Below, piece by piece: positions 42,122-53,590 of a stretch of 64,000 nucleotides of DNA. The stretch is from Chrysomallon squamiferum (lineage: Eukaryota > Animalia > Mollusca): NCBI GenBank assembly GCA_012295275.1, contig CM022668.1:310001-374000 (forward strand). The letters are read 5' to 3'. Each line of letters starts with the position of its first letter. Position 1 is the stretch's first letter. The notes under the pieces are model-generated. The model saw nothing but the letters and a program-made list of their open reading frames with translations, was not told where the DNA came from and did not search any database. The position numbers and the translations under genes are program-made.

Positions 42122-42742
42122 CACGTGGTATTTCTGTCTCTCTGACATAAAAATGGTCATTTCCCATGATTCATTTCGTTTGGACTGCCAGCCTGCAGAC
42201 TATGGAAACGAACAAAACCAAAGACTGAAATATTAATTGTTTTTTTATTGTTGTTGAACTTTAATTATCATACAGACATAAACACCTACATAAAAATAAA
42301 AACTGTGTATCACATACATGTAATTTGACTGTCGCTTTTAATAACTCCTACAAACGATAATGAGCCACTATAGTTATTTATTTATTTTTAAAATTATAAT
42401 ACTCTACAATTGTATATATTTTTGTGAAAATGAGCTAATTATGCGGGTGTTTTATAGTTGTTCAAATTTAATCTTAACCCAGTTCGAGCGATCATACTTC
42501 ATGGAATTCAGAAGGTATTTTGGTATTCAGTGCATTTCGCTTATACACTCGGAAATGTTTTCAGAGGGAATTGCATTTCAGTTTAAACGAGTTTTGATTA
42601 TGCATAAATTAGAATAAAATAATGACCCTATTAAATTACGGATGAATCCATGATTTCCAAAAATAGTACGTGTCGTCATTGTTATGGCATGTACCTTCAT
42701 TTTAAACCATAATGTTACGGGAGATTCTCAGAATAGGAATAT

Positions 42743-42836
42743 ATACATACATACATACATTCACACATACATACATACATACATACATACATACATACAT
42801 ACATACATACATACATACATACATACATACATACAT

Positions 42837-42880
<44 letters not shown>
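42743..42880. repeat. (TACA)n/(CA)n microsatellite
   Basis: Tetranucleotide run followed by a dinucleotide run. Confidence 0.95.
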
Positions 42881-42884
<4 letters not shown>

Positions 42885-43679
42885 GTATTTAAATATTTTT
42901 AATGCTAACGTTTAATATGCACATCCTTCTGTTATTTAAGAAATATTATAAAATAATGTGTTTAATTAATCAAATTATATGCTTATTTTGATGGACGGAT
43001 GGATTAATCTTTAGAAAAAAAAAAATGTTTCGATAATAAAAGACGTGTGTGTGTGTGTGTGTGTCAGTGTAATTAAAGAGTGAAGGAAACAAAACAGGAA
43101 TCGCGCCATATATTTTCCTAATTAAAAAAGACATCTGAAGAATGAAACCGTTTTGTGAGCAGTGAATAAAAATCTTTATAAAATGATTAAAATAAAATAT
43201 ATTTTATTGATTTTTTCTTTCCTTCGTCGTTTTGTCACAGTCACGAAAAATAGTAAGTTATATGAAACAATAAGTCAGGTAATGTTTCTTATTACAAAGT
43301 TTAAAATATTTTTCACTTACAGAGCACTTTGTTTATTTGCGGTCATGTGCATGAGTGCATGTTTGGCAGTGAACTTTAGATGGACATCATCTCTGCAAAC
43401 AAACATTCACACATGCACACACACGTTATAAACATATATATGAACACTTACAAATCCAGGTCTACATAGATAATTACATACATAATAAAAATAAGAAATG
43501 CAAAATATAGATAAACAGAAATACTTTGAATTTTAAAGGCAAACATTTTTTTTGAATCAATCTTTAGAATCTGACACCATCTTTATACATTTTATAACTT
43601 TTGGAGATAAAAAGAAAATAACGGTAATAATAATTCATACATGCGTGTACATGCATAAACACACAATCATGCATACAAT

Positions 43680-44890
43680 GGCCAATAACTGCACAGCTCC
43701 TCGTATGAGGCGCCTTGTTTGCGGTGAGGTGGACGATGGGGTCCTGGTGGTTGAGTCATGGTTAATGTCTGCAACCGAGCACATTGCCATTGACAACCCA
43801 CCACTTTGACCCGGAGTTCATCTGTACGGGAGGACAATCAATCGGCTGGTCACGCCTAGTTCAAGAGCTACTAAAGACAAAGCCGTGAAAAAACCCCATC
43901 GCCTATTGCGATACAGAAGGGGCTCCAAAGCTTGGCCAGTGAGCCTAAAAATGTTAAGAAACTCAGGAATGCTTCATTATTAGTAGAATGCTCAAAAGAG
44001 ATTCATTCTAAAAATGTACTTAAGTCAAGAATTTTGTGTGGAATACCAATTAGTCAGTCCGCACACAACACTAAATACATCGAAAGAAGTGATTCGTGTA
44101 GGGATCTGGAAGGTGTTAGTGAGGAGTAGATTTGCGAGATGCAGATAAAGGTGCGTCGGAACAATGAATTTATTCAGTACCTAGTGTCGGTGTTTTTTTT
44201 TTTTTTTGATTTGGAGAAAGCTTATAACTTGCATGGAAGTATGGGATAACGAAGGACCTCCACGACTATGGTCTAATAGGTCGCCTTCCCATTTTTATAA
44301 GTAACTTTTTAAAAGGTAGATATTTTAAAGTCCGGACGGGATCTACCTTTTCTGGTTTCTACCCGCAGGAGATATGTGTACATATGCAACTGACAACGGA
44401 TTTAGGTCCTCAAAAACCAAAACAGTATGTATGCATATCTGCCTGAAAAGAGGTCTCCGTTTGGACAGACAATTATTTCTCGACAGAAGTCCAGCTCCTG
44501 TCGTGGATGATACAAAAGTTCTGGGGGTTATATTTGATAGGAAATTATCTTTTGTACTGCATCTAAAATATGTTAAAAACAAGGCCCTAAAAGCCTTCAA
44601 CATTTTAAAAGTTATGGGGAGCAGTCTGAAGGGTCATGCTCCGACTTTATAGATCTTTAATAAGATGTAAATTGGATTATGGATGCATTGTATATGGGTC
44701 AGCATGCAGTTCTTACCTGCAGTGCTACATCCCATACACAACCAGGGATTTTTTCTTGGTGCATTCACAACATCTCCTGTGCAGAGCTTGTACGTTGTCG
44801 CACACGATCGTTGTTTGGACTCGAGACATGCAAAGCCTTCTCTCCAGTATGCTGCTAAGATAAAAGCTTTACCATCACATCCTGCACAGT
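43680..44890 (+). mobile_element. Decayed, internally deleted I-group (Nimb/Ingi-like) LINE
   Basis: GC-richer 5' UTR-like start; ORF1 remnant VKKLRNASLLVEC; RT remnants FFDLEKAY, KTVCMH, KVLGVIFDRKLSF, RLYRSLIRCKLDYGCIVYGSA, GAFTTSPVQSLY; multiple frameshifts. Confidence 0.8.
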
Positions 44891-47800
44891 TTTTAACTGC
44901 TCCAACGCTGATTTTTTTCAGACATTTTGGAAACACCTACGCATTTTGTTCGTAGCCATTTTTGAAACGAAATAAATTGTTTGGAAACTGAAATGAACTT
45001 TATGTTTTAATGTTAAAACATAACAATTGGCGACGAGGATGGGATAACACTTGTTGAACTGTTTCCAGAAATTAACTATTTATGAAATATGGCTACCTAC
45101 GGTAAAGTTGAAGAGTTTGACCTAGAAAGTTCCGATTGGGATGAATACATCGAACGTTTGGAACAGTATCTGTTGGCGAATGATATAGACGATGCCGAGA
45201 AAAGAAACGTTCCATTTTGTTGTCCGTGTGTGGCACCAAGACTTACAGGTTGATTCGAAATTTGACTTCGCCTGAGAAACCAATTGAAAACCTTGATAGG
45301 AAATCATCTCAAACCAAAACCTTTGGTGATTGCGGAACGGTTCAAATTCTATGAACGGAAACAAGAGCCTGGAGAGACTTAAGTGAATTTTTGAATTGAG
45401 AAAATTGTCAGAACGTGAATTTGGTGCATGTTTTTACAAAAAGGCAAACTGTGTGTGTATAAGTGTAAGGAAACAGGACATTTGAGTAGAAAATGTCGAA
45501 ATCGAAATAAAAAATAGAAAGACAGGAAAGCAAACACATGGAAAAAGGAAAAAAGAAATTTCAAAAGTTGAAAAAGAAAAATTCTAAACTTCTTGTTGTG
45601 AATCAAGATTCTGATCGGGACCTTACGGAATCAGAAAGTGGTATCAGTGATTCGGAAAGTGAAAATGCTGAATCTGAAACAGGTTTAAAAATTCATGAGG
45701 TTCATGAAGAATCTGGAAGTAACAAAAATTATAAAAGCTGTTCTAGAAAATAAAGAGGTTGCAAAGGAAAGAAATGACAGTGATTTTGAACAGTCAATTT
45801 TCACAATGAAATCTACGAAAACGAAAGAAATTCAAATTTCTTTGGAACTCAATGGTGTGCCATTCAAAATGGAAGCAGATACAGGTGCTTCTGTATCGAT
45901 AATTTCTAATAAGAATTATCAGAAAAAATTGAAGAAAACAGTGCCATTGAAATCAACATCGATTGTGTTGAAAACTTATACAGATGAAGTGGTGCCAGTC
46001 CTTGGGGAAATTGAGGTGATTGTTAAATATGGAAAGTAGAAAAAACTTTTGCCTTTAATTGTTGTGAAAGGAAATGGACAAACTTTGTCTGGACGGAATT
46101 GGTTCCAAAACATTCAGTTGGACTGCAACAGTATTGAGCTTACGAAAGCCAATGGAAACCCCGAAGATTTGTTCAGTAGATAGCAAGTATTCCCAGCTTG
46201 AGAAAGAAGCACTGGCAATAATTTTTGGAATATAGAAGTTCCATCAGTACCTGTATGGTAGAAGATTTACTTTGTTCACAGACCATAAACCACTGACAAT
46301 GAATCTTGGACCTAAAAAGAATATTCCTGTTCTGACAGCTTTTCGTCTACAGCGTTGGGCTATTCAGTTAGCCGCATATCAGTTTGACATTAAATACAGA
46401 AAAACTACCAAAAATGGAAATGCTGATGCATTGTCCCGACTACCACTTCTGCAAACTGAAGAAATATATAAAAGTGTGTTTTGGCATGAAGTCAAGCAAG
46501 CAATGAGAAATCAAGTCAATGGATTACCTATCACTGCAAGAAATATTGCGAAAGCAGCTGAAGTTGACAAAGTGTTATCTCGTGTTGTACATTATAACAT
46601 GTATGGATGGCCAAAAGAGTCTTCTATTTCACCTGAGCTGTTACCATATTTCAGAGTGAAAGATGAATTAACAGTGGAGGAATATTGTCTTCTCAGAGGA
46701 ATGCGAGTGATTATTCTCGATAAATATCGAACAGATATTCTGTATTATCTTCATGAAAATCATCATGGAATTGTGCGAATGAAATCTTTGGCTAGATTGC
46801 ATGTGTGGTGGCCTCATATGGATATTGACACAGAAAAGAAAGTTAGCAAGTGTGAGTGTTGCCAACTATAACAAACAATCATGCCAAAAAGTACAGCTAA
46901 TGCATGGATTTGGCCCACCAAACCATGGCAAAGAATACATGTTGATTTTGCTGGACCATTCATGAAAGAAATGTTCATGATTGTGGCGGATGCACATTCT
47001 AAATGGATGGAATTTTTTCCAGTACCAGAGCAACGCATGCAGTAGAGACACTGAGAAATCTCTTCGCAAGTTATGGAATGCTAGAGCAGTTGATTTCTGA
47101 TAATGGACCACAGTTTGTTGTAGAGGAATTTGAAACAATTCTTTAAAAAAATGGATTGAAACACATCAAATCAGCTCCATACCATCCAAGTTCAAATGGT
47201 GAGGCAGAAAGAGCTGTTCGTAATTTCAAAACTGCAATGAAAACAGTTGAACATGAGTCACGAACCATGAACCAGAAGATTTCATCATTCTTGTATGCGT
47301 ATCGGAACACTCCACACTGTACTACAAAATGTTCATCAGAATTGTTTCTTGGCAGGCGTGTTCGACCGAGATTGGATATCTTGTGACCAAGTTTGGAGAA
47401 CTCTGTTAAAAAGAGAACTATTCCAAAAGCAAGTAAAACACGGGTGTTCAATGTTGGAGATTCAGTACAATGAAGAACTACAGAGGATCTGACAAGTGGT
47501 TGAGTGGAAAAGTACTGCGTCAGCTAGGGCCTGTTACCTACAGAGTGAAAGTTGGTGATTTTGTGTGTAAAAGACGTAAATGTACGTATTTGGAGGATAA
47601 TAGGAACCCTTCCACAGAACTGTCTGCAGTTGGTACTGAGTCTGAAACAGAATTTGTTGAACCAACCGTTCAGGTGGAAGAGACTGAAATGAAAAACAGA
47701 ACGGTTACTTCTAATGCCGTCGAGGATGCTTCTAATGCCATCGACGATACTGTTGACGATGTACCGCAACTACCAATACAGTCAACCCCGAGATATCCTA

Positions 47801-48197
47801 GACGGGCTCGAAAAACAACTCAAAGATATTTAATGTGAATCTGTATAATACGGAATTCACTGAAAGATTGTAGAATTAGTGTTATTTTTTATTTAAAAAA
47901 AAAGAAGAAAAAAAGTTTTGTTATTTAAAGTTCCGTATGTGACCAATGGACATACTTGATAAACTGTAATTGAACTATTATGGTGTCCAATGAAAACAAA
48001 CAAAAAACATTTTTATTTTATTTGTTTTAAGTTCAAAATTCATTTGTTTAATTATTACTAATTAGTAAATCACACAAACGTATTTTAGAATTTTAGATAT
48101 AACATAATTTGTGGGTAAACTGAACATTTTGAAGGGAGGAAGTGTTGTATCTAAATGGTGTTATGGTTAACATTGTTACAGTTTACAATGTTTAGGG
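44890..48197 (+). mobile_element. Ty3/Gypsy (Mag-type) LTR retrotransposon, decayed, RT deleted
   Basis: 5' LTR end ...TAACA at 45025; PBS 45028-45045; gag from 45089 (MATYGKVEEF..WDEYIERLEQY; CCHC CYKCKETGHLSRKC); protease ADTGASVS; RNase H YSQLEKEALAI..TDHKPL..RLQRWA; integrase HHCC, IHVDFAGP, SDNGPQF, SNGEAER; PPT GAAGGGAGGAAG 48131-48142, then 3' LTR TGTTG from 48143. Confidence 0.93.
45028..45045 (+). promoter_or_regulatory. Primer binding site complementary to the tRNA-Ser(GCT) 3' end
   Basis: TGGCGACGAGGATGGGAT is the reverse complement of ATCCCATCCTCGTCGCCA (tRNA sequence recalled from memory). Confidence 0.85.
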
Positions 48198-51035
48198 CAG
48201 TGATTCTCAACCGCCGTGTCGCGAGGCTCCGTCAGGTGTGTCGCGAAACTTTGTGACGAACACCTGAAAACACGGACAATGTGCATAAATCTCCGTTTCA
48301 TGTTCTACTAATATGCCTTGGAGGAAGGAACTTCCTTTCTCCAGTGAATATGCACACATTCAAAGTCCACCAATCAGTGGCCGCCACCAACCTTTGCACC
48401 TTTCGCTCAAGGTCGATCAGTTGCCCATGAGACGTCAGTGTGATAGGTTGTGTGTGTGATGTTGTTCCGCACTGGTCGTGTGTGAGCGTGCGTAATGCCG
48501 ATTGCCGAATTAACTTCGCTGTGTTTTAAATTATTGTCATTCTTAAACACTTATTAGTAAAGAGATGTAGCTAACTAGGTGTATTTAGTTAAGAAATTAT
48601 GCTAGTTAGAACAGACTTTGCAAATCTGTCGTCTCGGCAAATCTGTTCAGTTAACAGTGTTTACTATTTACTTACATCGAATTCAATCGTACTGCACACT
48701 CAATTTTGACCTCTAAATTACAGATGAATTTGAACTAAATTAGCTTGTGACTAATCATAACTAGAACTGAACGCTGTTTTCTGTGCTTGCATATTTTTCA
48801 ATTTGTTTAGCTCAGAATCAGTGTTGTTCACGCACTTTCAAACTTGAGTTAAATCACATGGTGAATTAATTAAATAAGGATATTCAGTTTTTGTTATTGC
48901 ATTGGTAGAATAAAGGTTAGTTTTTACCATATATTTCAGAAGGTGATAGAGTGAAAAAAAATTGGAACACTACTTAATGTTCCAGTTTGACACAGGAGGT
49001 TGACCGTTGACACACGGATCAGTTTAACACTGCCTTTTGTTTACTATTATTGGTTAGAGTACGCGCGTGTTAATTGCTTATGAATACCCCTTCACAATGG
49101 ATAAATTTGTTAAAAGGAAGGATTAGTGACGGGTGTGAGGTTGAAACAGAACATACAATGAAGCCCACAAAATCCAGCACAAAAAAGGCAAAAGTTCACC
49201 ATAATAGTCGGTATTGTGATCATTATTTGAAGTTTGGATTTTCTTGGTCAGAAGATGTTGCTCAACCATGTCCATTATGTATAGTTTGTGGTGAAAAAAT
49301 GGCCAATGAATCCATGGTACCAAATAAATTACAAAGACATTTCACGACTAAACATTCCTACCTACAAGATAAAGATCTTAATTATTTTCAAAGACTGTTA
49401 CAACAGCAATCAAAGCAACGCAATGTTTTTCAGAAAACAATGACCGTGTCTGAACGGGCTCAACTCGCTTCAGTTGAGGTAGCTGAAATAATAGCAATGA
49501 AATCCAAATCCCACACTCTTGCTGAGTCAGTTATCCTTCCCGCTTGTAAAAAGATGGTGAAATCCATGTTAGGCGAAACAGCTGAAAAAGAAATTAGTAA
49601 AATTCCGCTTTCAAATGATACAATACACAGGAGAATTGTAGATTTATCTGAAAACATTGAAACTAATGTTCAGAAAAAACTTGAAGGATCTAAATTTGCT
49701 TTAATAGTTGATGAATCGACCGATATCAGTAACTGCTCAATTGCTTGTATTTGTTCGTTTCATTAATGACGATGAAATAATCAATCAGTTTTTGTGTTGT
49801 AAAGAAAGGCCAACCACTACTAGAGGTCAAGATATTTTTGATATGATAACCGGCTATCATAAAAAAAATGAATTTGACGTGGAAGTTTTGTGTTGGTATT
49901 TGTATTGATGGTGCACCATGTACGGTAGGCTGCATTAAAGGTTTTGCAACACTAGCACAGAAAGAAAATCCAAATCTTGTTCGTAGTCATTGCTTTTTAC
50001 ATAGAGAAGTTTTAGTTTCAAAAGTATCACAAGAAGATTTGAAGCAAGTGTTACATCAAGTAGTTGAAATTGTCAATTCTCAACATGTTCGCTTACTCAT
50101 GCATACCGACGTTCGATGGCTGTCAAAAGGTAAAGTGTTAACTCGCGTTCATGAATTACAGAAGGAATTAATAGTATTTTTTGATAAAGAAAAGCACGAA
50201 AGATTTTGTAAATATCTTCGATGTGAATTTTGGATGGCCAAAATGGAATATTTAACGGAAATATTTGGTCAACTTAATATTGTGAACAGTAGTATGCAAG
50301 GTCGAAACGAAAATATTCTAACTTCGACAGATAAATTGGTTGCCCTTAAAAAGAAAATTGTTATTTGGAAAAACAGAGCAAAGTTGGGTGAGTTTGATAT
50401 GTTTCCTACAATGCGTACTAACTGCACTAAAGAAATGACCCCTATCGTGGTTGAGCATCTAACAGCGCTCGAAGAAAACATCGACCACTACTTTCCGTCG
50501 CTGAACACTGGGTTCGTAATCCTTTTGTAGATGTTCCTTCTAATATTGGGTTTAAATTATGCGAAGAAGAAGAATTGGCTACCATTTCAAGTGACTGCAG
50601 TCTTAAAATAAAGCATTCTGAGGTAGATATCGACACATTTTGGATTTCAATACAAAAGGAATTTCCCGCATTAGCTGAAAAAGCCCTGTTAGTTCTTTTA
50701 CAATTCTATACTCCTTATTTGTGTGAACTGGGCTTTTCAACCTTAAATAATATAAAAAATAAGAAGAGAGAAAGACTACGTTCCACTGAAGAAGAAATGA
50801 GAGTTTGCTTATCGCACATACGACCAAATATTCAAGAAGTCATAAGACAACACCAGGCACAAGTTTCACACTACGTAAGTGGCAATTCTGGGATACTGAC
50901 ATAATAAACTGTATCAGACAAGTCCATATATTTATTTTACGATCTCATTATATAATATTTAAAATTATTACTGTGTCGCGACAGTTTCATGCGCTCGTAG
51001 GTATATCGAGAGTTAAAAAAGGTTGAGAAACACTG
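48198..51035 (+). mobile_element. hAT DNA transposon (Buster/Charlie, ZBED8/SCAND3-like), inserted in the Gypsy 3' LTR
   Basis: 15-bp TIRs CAGTGATTCTCAACC / GGTTGAGAAACACTG (1 mismatch), subterminal GTGTCGCGA motifs at both ends, internal transposase. Confidence 0.95.
49097..50880 (+). pseudogene. Frameshifted hAT transposase
   Basis: Likely start MDKFVKRK at 49097; BED finger PLCIVC..HFTTKH; VDESTD, CIDGAP, HCFLH, VRWLSKG, YLCELGFS split across at least 4 ORFs. Confidence 0.9.
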
Positions 51036-51044
51036 GTATAATAG

Positions 51045-52570
51045 GAGAAAATACTGTGACCATTACAGAATTGAATCTACACCTATAACTGTCATAGTAT
51101 TGACATCTATTATACCTGCAATAACCTCTGTAACGATGAAGGTATTGACTTTTATTCAACCTACAATGTCCACTCTAATGGTCACAATATTGTTTTCTAT
51201 ACTTTTTTTCCATCTATAATGATAACTGTAATGGTAACCGTATGGAGGTTTTGGTATTGACTTCTTTCTTTTCAATGGCCACTATGATGGTCACGGAATT
51301 GTATCCTATTACCCCAACAATCACATCTGTAATGGTCAGTGTATGATGGTCACAATGTTGAATACTTTTCTTCCTTCAATGGCCACTATAATATTTAAAG
51401 TATCGACTTTTCAGCCCCTCGCCCCTCTCCTACCACCAACGCTTTCACCCCTACAGTGAATAAATGAATGAATGTTTATCGACATCCCAGCACAAAAACA
51501 TATATCGGTTACTGCGTGTCAAACAGAATTAACTATAACAAAATGGTGAATATTTTCTATATAAAAATTCCAAATTAGTCAAAACTCAGTGAAAAGAGCT
51601 GTGCAAAACGTATCATAGTTTATTTAAAAAAAAATTCACGAAGGCATCGAAATGATTCCATCACATTTACTTGATCTCACTATATGATGGTCACATTATT
51701 GACTTCTATAACGCCGACAGGTATTGACTTTTATTTCACCCTACTATGACATCTATAATATCACACTATTGACTTCCACTATAATTGTCATAGTATTGTC
51801 TATTATTACACCAACAATGACAACTTTAATCGTCACTGTGTGATGAACATAGTATTGACTTCTATTACACCTACAATGAACACTAAATTATTTCAGGTAT
51901 TGATTTTCAATCTTCCTAAACGAGATTTATGATGCTGTCAGTACTGCGTTTTCTTTTATCTTTATTGACCACTATAAGGCACTCAGTGTTGACTAGTACT
52001 TTACCCACAATTTCCTCTAAAACGGACACCGTTCCCATTTTTATTCTAGCAATAATGACGTCTATAACGGTTATAGTACTGACATATATACAAAGACCAC
52101 TAACATTATCAAAGGTGGTGACTTTTATTCTACCCTGCTATGACATCTATAACAGTCTCAGTATTGACTTGTTTTCTGCAAACAATGTCGTCTATAATGT
52201 TCTCAGTATTGCCTTCTATTCCATCTACATTGACCACTATAATGGTCACGCTATTTACTCCTATTACACCAACAATGACAACTTTGATGGTCACTTTATG
52301 GTTGTCACAGTATTGACTTTTATTACGCCTACAGTCACTGTCAAAATTATCACCAGTGTTGACTTTTATCCTCCTTACAGCGATATGTATAAGGGTTTTA
52401 CTATTGACTTCTATTCTTTCTACATTAACCACTATAATGGTCAACGTATTGTCTCCTATTACACCGACAATGACACTACTTTGATTGTCACTATATGATG
52501 GTCGCCGTATTGACTTCTTTTCTACAAACACTGTCCTCTATAATGGTTTCAGTATTGACCTCTATTCTCA
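51045..52570. repeat. Old degenerate ~43-bp minisatellite
   Basis: Recurring AGTATTGACTTCTATT..ACACCTACAATGAC..CTATAATGGTCAC core; interrupted at ~51415-51680 by unrelated sequence. Confidence 0.8.
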
Positions 52571-52574
52571 ACTC

Positions 52575-53590
52575 GTCTCTCCTGAATTTGGGTCAGTGGC
52601 TCAGACACAAATAACATGATGGAATCGATCTGTTTCTGAAGCTCTTCTCTCGAACGTGTTACGCACTCATTGTTAGCAGCGGTTCAGCGCACCATCTTCT
52701 TCTAAGACGTGTTCCAGTCGAACTGAAAATGCATGTGCTTTCGCTGTTACAACTATTCACGTAAACGTGCTCACCATCAAATGTAGCTGATTAGTGGAAA
52801 AGCAATTTGCACGATTCTTCACCGTAAGTAAGACACACAGAAACAAAAGATACCTAGCACAGTCAGAACGCAGGACATCGATGGTAATGTTTCTATCAGG
52901 ATTAGTACACTGCAAACAAAAAGAGTATTCTTCGACGGTTTCCAAGTCTCTGCACAACGTTGTTAGCTGCCTGTATACACTGTCCTGTGAAGAACAACAC
53001 ATGTACCTCAGGCATGCGATCTTACACAGCAGTGTCTCCTCCAGTCGTGTTTCCTCACTGTGGGTCAGAGTGTCAGACACAAATAACAAGTTGGAATCGC
53101 TCTGTTTCTCAAGGCATTCTGTCGTACGTGTTAAGCAATTACTGTTCGAAATGGCTCAACGCACCATCTCATTCTAAGACGTGTTCTAGTCGAACTGGAA
53201 ATATATGTGTTTTCCTACACGCAAACATACTCGCCATCAAACGCAGATGAACCGTGGACGAGTAGTTGCGTGTTCGCTCACTTTGAAAAAGACACATAAA
53301 AGGAAAAGATACCTAGAACAGTGAGAACGCGGGACATCGATTGTGACGTTTCTATCAGGACTAGTACACTGCAGACAAAAAGAGCGTGTTGTTCTCCGGT
53401 CTCCAAGTCTCGTCATAACGTTGTTACCTGCCTGTGTACACGTGCTGTGAACAACAACACCTGTTGCTCGTACGAGAATTGGATTCAACACACAAGTCAA
53501 CGCCTGTCTTCAGTGCTTGCAATAGATCTTGAGGCATGCGATCTTACACAGCAGTGTCTCCTCCAGTCGAGTTTCCTCACAGTGGGTCAG
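52575..53590. repeat. ~0.5-kb tandem repeat, ~2 diverged copies plus the start of a third
   Basis: GGGTCAG anchors at 52590, 53062, 53584; shared blocks TCAGACACAAATAACA, TCTAAGACGTGTT, TTTCTATCAGGA.TAGTACACTGCA, AGGCATGCGATCTTACACAGCAGTGTCTCCTCCAGTCG. Confidence 0.85.

Noticed and set aside
42045-42236. 63-aa ORF after the Rab5-like gene
   Set aside because: Out-of-frame overlap with the true last exon (42006-42121, ending SGCC) and its 3' UTR
43690-43790. HDV-like ribozyme at the LINE 5' end (TCCTCGT loop-like motif at 43698)
   Set aside because: Could not build P1, P3 or P2 pairings by eye; would need a descriptor search on the family consensus
51929-52531. 189-aa and 133-aa ORFs
   Set aside because: Translations of a degenerate minisatellite; no domain or splice structure
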